From: a bacterium
Lineage (GTDB): Bacteria > Chloroflexota > Dormibacteria > Aeolococcales > Bog-877
Reading direction: 5' to 3'
Assembly (NCBI GenBank): GCA_021791415.1
Contig: JAJYWQ010000058.1
Coordinates: 1,507-65,506, forward strand
Length of the DNA stretch: 64,000 nucleotides
The position numbers and the translations under genes are program-made. The stretch's first letter is position 1; every line of letters begins with the position of its first letter. The notes under the pieces are model-generated. The model ran no database searches. It was not told the DNA's origin and saw only the letters and a program-made list of their open reading frames with translations. Shown piece by piece: positions 57,223 through 64,000 of the stretch.

Positions 57223-58017
57223 GTGAGCGACCGGGGAGAACCGTCCACCCCGGCACCGTCTCGCCCCGTTCATCTCCGCGGGCTCGTCAGCCTGGTCATC
57301 CCCGCCCATAACGAGGAGCCCAACATGCCCCGGGTGGTGGGGGGTGCGCTCACGGCGCTGCGGGAGGTGGCCGACACCTTCGAGGTGGTGCTGGTTGACG
57401 ACGGGAGCACCGACCGGACCGTCGACGAGGCCCGCCGGGCCATGGGAGCCAGCGCCGACCGGTTGCGCGTCGTGAGCCACCACCGCAAGTCAGGGTATGG
57501 GGTGACCGTCGCTGACGGCCTGCGGGCGGCCCGCGGCGACTGGGTGGCCTTCATGGACGGCGACGGCCAGTTCGACCCGGCCGACCTCGCCCGGCTGGCT
57601 GCCAGGGCCGAGGGAGCGGATCTGGTGGCGGGCTTCCGGATGCGGCGCGCCGACCCCTGGCACCGCTCGGTCGTGAGCCGGACCTTCAACGTTTTCGTGC
57701 GGGTCCTCTACGGCGTCCGCTATCGCGACGTGGATTGCGGCTTCAAGCTGATGAGGCGCGAGGTCCTGGTGGCCGCTCATCCCATCCTGGCCCGCTCGGC
57801 GCTGCTGAACACCGAGATCTACTTCAAGACCAGGCGCGCGGGGCTGCGCGTGACCCAGGTGGGGCTCACCCACCACCCGCGGGTCGCCGGGGTGAGGTCC
57901 GGAGGAAGGTTGGTGCCCATACTGAGAGCGGTCCGGGAGCTGGTCAAGCTGCGCTGGCGGTTGGCCCGGAGCTGGGCACCGCCGCCTAGGCCGCCCTCCG
58001 GAAGCTCTCCAGGGTGA
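57223..58017 (+). CDS. GT2 glycosyltransferase (polyprenol-phosphate sugar synthase, DPM1/ArnC-like)
   Basis: LVIPAHNEE, VDDGSTD, FMDGDGQFDP, DVDCGFKL, HHPRVAG. Confidence 0.88.
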   Translation: MSDRGEPSTPAPSRPVHLRGLVSLVIPAHNEEPNMPRVVGGALTALREVADTFEVVLVDDGSTDRTVDEARRAMGASADRLRVVSHHRKSGYGVTVADGLRAARGDWVAFMDGDGQFDPADLARLAARAEGADLVAGFRMRRADPWHRSVVSRTFNVFVRVLYGVRYRDVDCGFKLMRREVLVAAHPILARSALLNTEIYFKTRRAGLRVTQVGLTHHPRVAGVRSGGRLVPILRAVRELVKLRWRLARSWAPPPRPPSGSSPG

Positions 58018-58927
58018 GCTTGAGCCCCTCCTCAAGAGGGATCTGCGGAGTCCAGCCCAACCGGTCCCGGGCTCGCGCCGGGTCGAGGTAGCTGGCGGGG
58101 ACCTCGCCGGGCCGTGCCGGAACGAACTCGGGCGCGGCCGGAATCCCCGCCAGCGCTGCGAGCGTCCTGGCGACCGTGATGATCGAGGTGGGCCTTCCGG
58201 TGCCGATGTTGATCGGCCCCTGGGCGGTGGCGCCCAAGGCGAGCAGGTTGGCGCGGGCCACATCCCCCACGTACACGAAGTCGCGGGTCTGCTCGCCGGT
58301 CCCGGTGACCCGCGGAGGCTCGCCGCGCAGGAGGCGGCGGCAGCTGATGGCCACCATGCCTGCCTCCCCCGTCCCATCCTGGTGCGGGCCGTAGACGTTG
58401 CCGTAGCGCAGGGCGGCGTACGAGAGCTTGAACGTCCGCTGGAACATCCCGAGGTATCCTTCACCGGCCAGCTTGGCAGCGCCATAGGGTGCCAAGGGAC
58501 GGGCCGGAGCGGTCTCACTAGTGGGTAGCCGGCGGGCGCGACCGTATATGGCGCCCCCCGAGGAGGCGAACACGAACCGGGGCCGTCCGGCGTCCACCAC
58601 CGCCCGCAGCAGCGCAAGGGTGGCCACGACGTTGTTGAGGGCGTCCGCGGCCGGGTCGCGCAGCGACCGGCTCACCCCGCCCTGGGCTGCCAGATGGAGG
58701 ACTGCTGTGGGCTGGAAACGGGCCAGGGAGGTGAGCGCCTCGGGGGTCGAGAGCTCCGCCTCCACCCTGTCCGCCTCCGGGGGGATCTCGACTCCGCAGG
58801 AGTGGCGGAGGTCATCGATGACCAGTACGCGAGCCCCCTCAGCGAGAAGGAGGGCCACGGTGTGGGTCCCGATGAACCCGGCACCTCCGGTGACCACCAC
58901 CCGAGGAGCCGCTTTGGAAGGGGTCAC
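57986..58927 (-). CDS. NAD-dependent epimerase/dehydratase (GalE-like)
   Basis: TGGAGFIG, HLAAQ, SSGGAIYG, YGAAK, RYGNVYGP, TRDFVYV. GTG lies 6 nt after TACCAT. Confidence 0.9.
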   Translation of the reverse strand: MTPSKAAPRVVVTGGAGFIGTHTVALLLAEGARVLVIDDLRHSCGVEIPPEADRVEAELSTPEALTSLARFQPTAVLHLAAQGGVSRSLRDPAADALNNVVATLALLRAVVDAGRPRFVFASSGGAIYGRARRLPTSETAPARPLAPYGAAKLAGEGYLGMFQRTFKLSYAALRYGNVYGPHQDGTGEAGMVAISCRRLLRGEPPRVTGTGEQTRDFVYVGDVARANLLALGATAQGPINIGTGRPTSIITVARTLAALAGIPAAPEFVPARPGEVPASYLDPARARDRLGWTPQIPLEEGLKLTLESFRRAA

Positions 58928-59046
58928 CGGGCCATGGTAACCGAGCCCGTCCGCCCCTCCCAAGTTCAGCCCGATCACGGATGGTGGGAGAATTTGGCGG
59001 ACGGGCAGGCGCCCCCCGGTACGATGAGAGCGCAGGCGGAGGAGAC

Positions 59047-60624
59047 TTGAGCAAAATCGCGCGTCGCTTCGGCATGCTCGGAGCCGGGAGCGAGGCCACC
59101 CAGCGGCGCTGGTTGCTGGCGGCGCTGCTGCTCTTCCTGCTCCTGCGACTTCCGTCCTGGTTCGAGCCGCACTGGTACACGGACGAGGCGGGCTACGCCA
59201 ACACCGCCTACCTCGCCGCCCACGGTCGGGTCCTCTACCTCACGGTCTGGAACAACAAGCCCCCGCTCCTGTTCTGGATATATGACCTGGCCCTCAGCTG
59301 GTTCGGTCCCAGCGAACTAGGTCTGCACCTCATCTCCACCCTGGCGGGAGGGCTGACGCTGGCGGTCATCTGGCAGATGGTCCGCCGGGAGTGGGGGGGG
59401 AGGGGGATGGGCAGGACGATGGTGGTCGCCACGCTGCTGCTCGGCCTGCCACTTCTGAGCGCAGAGTTGGCCCTGCCGGAGAACTTCCTCATCTTCCCGG
59501 AGGCGGCGGGGATGCTGCTGGTGCTGCGATCCTTCTCCGAGCGGGGAAGGTGGCGGGCGGCGCTGGAACTGGCGGCGGGGGTGGCTTTCGGTCTGGCCTG
59601 CCTCATCCAACAGACGGCGGCAGGACCGCTTTTGGCGATGGTGTTCCTGCTTGCCCTCAGGCCCCGGGCCGGATCGGTCCGCGGCGCCCTCAGGGTGCTG
59701 GCCGCCGCCGCGGTGATCACCCTCGCGGGAATAGCCCCCTACCTCTTCTGGGCCGGACCCAGCCACGTCTATTACTTCCTGGTGACCTCCTTTGAGGGCT
59801 ACACCTCGCGCACCCTTCCCCTCAACTTCCTCACCCTCCTTCCCCGGGCAGCCGCAGGGCTCCTGCTGGTCCTGGGGGTGGTCGCGGCACGGAAGCGGGA
59901 TCCGCGCTCGGTCCTGATCTGGACCTGGTTGGGGGTGGACCTCTTGACCTACGTCCTTCCCAACCGGCCCTACCCGTTTCATCTTCTGCCCGCCGCGGTG
60001 CCCCTGGCCCTGGTGGTGGGCCGGCTGCCCCGGCCCTCGCTGGGAGCGCTTCGTCTCTCGTTCGCTCCCCTGGTGGCCGGCGCCCTTCTCAGCGCCGCCC
60101 TCTGGGGCCAGCTGATGGTCAGCTACCTGCCGATCGACGACTTCTACACGGCCGGGCGCACCGTCCTCTACTACCCCATGTTCGTGGGCCGGGCCACCGG
60201 CGTCGTGTCCAAGGCCAGCTACCAGGACTTCTACGACTACCGGGTGCGCGCCGAGGCCGAGGCCGGAAGCTGGATCCGGGCCCACGGGCTGACCGGTGCG
60301 CGGACGGTGGTCTGGTCGGCGGACAGCTGGGCCTATCTCTTGGTCCCGGTGCGCTCGGTGATGCCAGCACCGCCCATCTACAAGGACTTCGACTGGCTGG
60401 GCCAGTCGGGCCTGATCCAGCGGACCATCAAGGAGCGGCCCGAGCTGATCTTGGTCACCAACGACGCCCTCAACGGCTACGGGCCCCTGCAGCCGATCCT
60501 CAGCCGCCTGTACACCAAGGTGGAGACGTCCTCGGACGGATCCCTCTGGCTGCTCAACTCAGACCTGCAGCAGGTGGGTCTCAGCCGCGCATTGGGTCAG
60601 ACGTCCCAGACGTCCGCTGGCTAA
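59047..60624 (+). CDS. GT-C (ArnT/PMT-like) membrane glycosyltransferase
   Basis: EPHWYTDEAGY, WNNKPPL, many TM segments, RPYPFH; RBS GGAGG before TTG59047. Confidence 0.75.
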   Translation: MSKIARRFGMLGAGSEATQRRWLLAALLLFLLLRLPSWFEPHWYTDEAGYANTAYLAAHGRVLYLTVWNNKPPLLFWIYDLALSWFGPSELGLHLISTLAGGLTLAVIWQMVRREWGGRGMGRTMVVATLLLGLPLLSAELALPENFLIFPEAAGMLLVLRSFSERGRWRAALELAAGVAFGLACLIQQTAAGPLLAMVFLLALRPRAGSVRGALRVLAAAAVITLAGIAPYLFWAGPSHVYYFLVTSFEGYTSRTLPLNFLTLLPRAAAGLLLVLGVVAARKRDPRSVLIWTWLGVDLLTYVLPNRPYPFHLLPAAVPLALVVGRLPRPSLGALRLSFAPLVAGALLSAALWGQLMVSYLPIDDFYTAGRTVLYYPMFVGRATGVVSKASYQDFYDYRVRAEAEAGSWIRAHGLTGARTVVWSADSWAYLLVPVRSVMPAPPIYKDFDWLGQSGLIQRTIKERPELILVTNDALNGYGPLQPILSRLYTKVETSSDGSLWLLNSDLQQVGLSRALGQTSQTSAG

Positions 60625-60633
60625 GATCGGGGG

Positions 60634-61947
60634 GTGCGGCGGTGGCTGGGTCCTCCGGCGGTTGGCCTCGCGATGATCGCGCTGCTGGCTGGATGCGGGC
60701 AGCCCACCGCAGCCGGGCCAAGGCCCACCCGGTCTCCCTCTCCGCCCTCGGTCGCCCAGCTCGTGGAGGCGGCGGCAAACACCTTCATGAGCCAGATGGC
60801 GGCTGGCGACTACCTGGCCCAGTGGAGCGAGCTGGCGCCGCCGGCACGGGCGATGTGGCCGTCGGAGGCCGCCCGGTCCGCCTTTCTCGCGGCCAAGTTC
60901 CAGGGAGCAGCGGCCGTGACCGGCTACCGGTTGGGAGCGCCAGCCCCCTCGTCCACCTGGGTCGACAGGGAGGATCCGGCGGTGCAGGTGGCGGGTGCCT
61001 ACACGGTCTCCGTCCAAGTGCAGTTCAGTTCAGCGGCACAGGTCCTGCCGTCCGGGGTGGGCGCTGACTATTCCAAGCTGGCTCTGATGCTCATTCCGCA
61101 AGCCTCAGGGCCCCCGCTGGTGGTGGGGGAGGGGCCATGCTCGATCGACGCGCCGATCATCGTCCCGCCGTCGCCACCCACGGAGAGCGCGTCTGTCCCC
61201 ATTCTCATGTACCACGTGGTGGCCCCCTTCCCAATCCCCGCTCAATGGAACAGCACCTATGCATACGATCTGGAGTACGGGCTCACCGTCACCCCGTCGC
61301 AGTTCGCCGCCCAGATGGCCTACCTCTCAGGAGCCGGAGCTCACGCCATCTCGCTCACCCGGCTGGCGGACTTCCTCCTGTACGGGCTGCCGCTTCCGCC
61401 CAAGCCCGTCGCCATCACCTTCGACGACGGTCGGGAGAGCCCCCTCCAGAACGCCGTCCCCGTCCTCCGCACCTACGGCTACACCGCCACCTTCTTCGTC
61501 CCCAGCGGGCTGGTCGGCAGATACGTGACCACCAGGGCGGGCACCAATCCTCAGCACTACCTGACCTGGACTCAGATCGACCAGCTGGCTCACAGCGGAT
61601 TCTGGATCGAGGACCACACCCTCTTCGACAACACCGCCCTCTGGGGGCTTTCCAGCTCGGAGGTGCAGCAGCTGGCCGGACAGACCGGGGCCACCATCGC
61701 GGCCCAGACGGGAATTCCAGTACAGTTCATCGCCTACAGCGGGCTCTGGCCCTTCGCCACCGCCGCTCAGAGCGGGCCGGCCGAGACAACGCTGTTCCAG
61801 GAGCTTGCCCAGCTCGGGTACGTCGGCGGGGCGGTCGATGCACGGGTGGACTCGGCCACCCAGGCCACCGGCGAGATCTGGCAGATGCCCCGGGTTCGGG
61901 TGAACCCCAACGAGGCAGGGTCCGCTCTCGGCCCCTGGCTGTCATAG
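60634..61947 (+). CDS. Lipoprotein with a C-terminal polysaccharide deacetylase (NodB/CE4, IcaB-like) domain
   Basis: Lipobox LLAGC; VPILMYH, QFAAQMAYL, ITFDDG, ATFFV, MPRVRV. Confidence 0.78.
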   Translation: MRRWLGPPAVGLAMIALLAGCGQPTAAGPRPTRSPSPPSVAQLVEAAANTFMSQMAAGDYLAQWSELAPPARAMWPSEAARSAFLAAKFQGAAAVTGYRLGAPAPSSTWVDREDPAVQVAGAYTVSVQVQFSSAAQVLPSGVGADYSKLALMLIPQASGPPLVVGEGPCSIDAPIIVPPSPPTESASVPILMYHVVAPFPIPAQWNSTYAYDLEYGLTVTPSQFAAQMAYLSGAGAHAISLTRLADFLLYGLPLPPKPVAITFDDGRESPLQNAVPVLRTYGYTATFFVPSGLVGRYVTTRAGTNPQHYLTWTQIDQLAHSGFWIEDHTLFDNTALWGLSSSEVQQLAGQTGATIAAQTGIPVQFIAYSGLWPFATAAQSGPAETTLFQELAQLGYVGGAVDARVDSATQATGEIWQMPRVRVNPNEAGSALGPWLS

Positions 61948-61956
61948 GAGGCGAAG

Positions 61957-62454
61957 ATGGACCGAGAGGAGCTCGAGGTGGTGGTGGAGATCCCCAGGGG
62001 GAGCCGCAACAAGTACGAAATGGACCACTCGACCCATCGCATCCGCCTGGACCGGGTGCTGCACTCCTCGGTCCACTATCCCACCGACTACGGGTACATC
62101 CCCGACACGCTGGCCGAGGACGGCGATCCCCTGGACGCACTGGTGGTGGTCGAGGATGGGACGTTCCCGGGCTGCTCGGTCCCGGCTCGGCCCATCGGGC
62201 TCCTGCACATGGCGGACGAGAACGGGAAGGACGTGAAGGTGCTCTGCGTCGCGGCCTCGGATCCCCGTTTCGATGAGATCGGCGAGTTGGGCGACCTGGC
62301 TCCCCACTGGCTGCGGGAGATCGAGATCTTCTTCGAGACCTACAAGCGCCTCGAGGACTCCAAGGAGGTGTCCGTCGGCGGCTGGGAGGGGCGCGAGGCA
62401 GCCTGGGGGGCGATCCTCGACTGCCGGCGGCGGCTGGGGGAGTCGGCGGGCTGA
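61957..62454 (+). CDS. ppa: Inorganic pyrophosphatase (family I)
   Basis: VVEIPRGSRNKYE, YPTDYG, DGDPLD, DENGKDVK, FFETYKRLE. Confidence 0.95.
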   Translation: MDREELEVVVEIPRGSRNKYEMDHSTHRIRLDRVLHSSVHYPTDYGYIPDTLAEDGDPLDALVVVEDGTFPGCSVPARPIGLLHMADENGKDVKVLCVAASDPRFDEIGELGDLAPHWLREIEIFFETYKRLEDSKEVSVGGWEGREAAWGAILDCRRRLGESAG

Positions 62455-62532
62455 AGTCGGCCCCGCTGCGACTGCCTAGAATGGACTTGGTTTCCGCATT
62501 GGGTGGGCTCATGCCCGGGCAGGGGAGGTCCG

Positions 62533-63456
62533 ATGAGGCAGAAGGTTTCGGTGATCGGCGCGGGAAACGTGGGGGCCACCACGGCCCAGCGACTGGCCGA
62601 GATGGATCTCGTAGACATCGCCCTGGTGGACGTGGTGGAGGGGCTGGCCGAGGGGAAGGCCCTCGACCTTCGCGAGGCGGCGCCGGTGGTGGGCTACGAC
62701 AGTTCGGTGGTGGGCTCCACCGACATGGCGATCACCGAGGGTTCGCGCGTGGTGGTGGTCACCTCCGGCCTGGCCCGCAAGCCGGGGATGAGCCGGGACG
62801 ACCTGATCAGCGCCAACGCCAAGATCGTCGGCCCCGTTGTGGAGGAGGTGGTGCGGCACTCCCCCGATGCGGTGCTGGTTATGGTGACCAATCCGCTCGA
62901 CGTGATGACCGAGCTGGCCATCCGAGTCAGCGGGCTGGACCGTCGCCGGGTGATCGGGATGGCCGGTGTCCTGGACACCGCGCGGTTCCGTTCCTTCCTG
63001 GCCTCCGAGCTCGCCGTTTCCGTCCGCAGCGTCGAGGCGTATGTGCTGGGCGGCCACGGAGACACCATGGTGCCGCTAAGGGGCGTGACCAGCGTGGCCG
63101 GGGTGCCGGTGGGGCGGCTGATTCCCGAGGGGCGGCTGGAGGAGATCGTTCAGCGGACCCGGGACGGGGGCGCCGAGGTGGTGAAGCTGCTGAAGACAGG
63201 CTCCGCCTACTACGCCCCCGCCGCCGCCGTCGCCCAGATGGTGGATGCCATCCTCCGGGACCGTGGGCTGGTCCTGCCCTGCGCCATCCGCCTGGACGGG
63301 GAGTACGGCCTGAGCGGGGTGGTGATGGGGGTGCCGGTCAAACTCGGAGCCGGGGGCGTCCAGGAAGTCCTGGAGGTGGAGCTGACCCAGTCCGAGAGGG
63401 CTGAGCTGGAGCGGTCCGCGGCCGCCGTCCGGGAAGTGACGGCGGTGCTGGGCTGA
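62533..63456 (+). CDS. mdh: Malate dehydrogenase (LDH-like)
   Basis: IGAGNVG, ARKPGMSRDDL, VTNPLD, GVLDTARF, GGHGD, GSAYYAP. Confidence 0.95.
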   Translation: MRQKVSVIGAGNVGATTAQRLAEMDLVDIALVDVVEGLAEGKALDLREAAPVVGYDSSVVGSTDMAITEGSRVVVVTSGLARKPGMSRDDLISANAKIVGPVVEEVVRHSPDAVLVMVTNPLDVMTELAIRVSGLDRRRVIGMAGVLDTARFRSFLASELAVSVRSVEAYVLGGHGDTMVPLRGVTSVAGVPVGRLIPEGRLEEIVQRTRDGGAEVVKLLKTGSAYYAPAAAVAQMVDAILRDRGLVLPCAIRLDGEYGLSGVVMGVPVKLGAGGVQEVLEVELTQSERAELERSAAAVREVTAVLG

Positions 63457-64000
63457 TGGCAGCCAGCCTCTCCTCGCCTGCGGCAGCCGATGTGCGGCGC
63501 CAGGACCGGTGGTGGGTCTACCCCGCCAACGTGGTTGCCTGGCTCACCATCTTCGGGGTCTACAGCCTCTGGACCATTGTCTTCTTTCACTCCGACCAGT
63601 TTCACCAGTACCTGTCGCCCTTCTACTCCCCGCAGGTGGCGGTGGGGAGGACCCCGGCCTCCCCGGCCCTCTTCATCTTCTACATCCCGCTGGGATTCCG
63701 GGCCACCTGCTACTACTACCGCAAGGCCTACTACCGGTCCTTCTTCGCCGACCCTCCGGGGTGCGCGATCCGAGAGCCCCAGCTCTTGGCAGGCGCCTCT
63801 CCCACCGGCAGGGGGGCGGCCTACCGAGGTGAGAGCCGGCTGCCCTTCGTGCTCAACAACCTGCACCGGTTCCTCATGTACTTCGCGGTGGGCTTTGTGG
63901 TGGTGCTCTGGATCGACGCCTACAACGCCTTCTGGTACCACGGCCACCTGGGATTCGGCTTGGGCACGGCGCTCATGCTGGCCAACATCGTCTTCCTCAC
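63456..64000 (+). CDS. Succinate dehydrogenase membrane anchor (mycobacterial Sdh1/Rv0249c type), truncated by the window end
   Basis: Translated by hand: ...YLSPFYSP...PLGFRATCYYYRKAYYRSFFADPPGCA...YRGESRLPFVLNNLHRF...; coupled to mdh via TGATG. Confidence 0.75.
   Translation, partial: MAASLSSPAAADVRRQDRWWVYPANVVAWLTIFGVYSLWTIVFFHSDQFHQYLSPFYSPQVAVGRTPASPALFIFYIPLGFRATCYYYRKAYYRSFFADPPGCAIREPQLLAGASPTGRGAAYRGESRLPFVLNNLHRFLMYFAVGFVVVLWIDAYNAFWYHGHLGFGLGTALMLANIVFL

Noticed and set aside
6684-58017. Convergent 3' gene overlaps (ribD_C/GT87, moaA/kdpE, tandem kdpD/kdpC, typA/proC, GT2/epimerase)
   Set aside because: Overlaps of 4-32 nt are ordinary in compact high-GC genomes.
1-64000. CRISPR arrays, rRNA, transposases, integrases, phage structural genes
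   Set aside because: No regularly spaced repeats or corresponding protein motifs were seen.

Overview
High-GC bacterial chromosomal window, mostly housekeeping. The actinobacteria-like gene content and promoter style suggest Ca. Dormibacterota, Chloroflexota or an actinobacterium (inference only). Left to right: (1) the apparent right end of a tRNA-Thr-integrated island, with a BrnT/CopG/HicB toxin-antitoxin triplet and a 3' tRNA-Thr(CGT) fragment; (2) a RidA-hydrolase fusion, a cysteine-desulfurase-like gene and a folE-SDR-RibD_C pterin operon; (3) acetoacetyl-CoA ligase and tRNA-Gln; (4) a CsoR-regulated permease with three YHS domains; (5) a MerR regulator facing hpnH across a textbook 19-bp-spacer promoter, then moaA; (6) a complete kdp locus whose KdpD is split into a membrane kinase and a divergent soluble tandem (KdpD-Usp)x2 protein, with two micropeptides ahead of kdpA; (7) a K+ channel, typA, proC, an NPV/NPV aquaporin, malY, an MFS transporter, ArsR-SRPBCC and tRNA-Gly; (8) a 14-gene nuoA-N operon interrupted by an antisense flippase; (9) surface glycosylation genes, ppa, mdh and a truncated Sdh membrane anchor. 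The best candidates for undescribed biology are the split and duplicated KdpD system, the MerR-hpnH divergon and the folE-SDR-RibD_C operon. All calls come from motif recognition by eye; no database searches were run.
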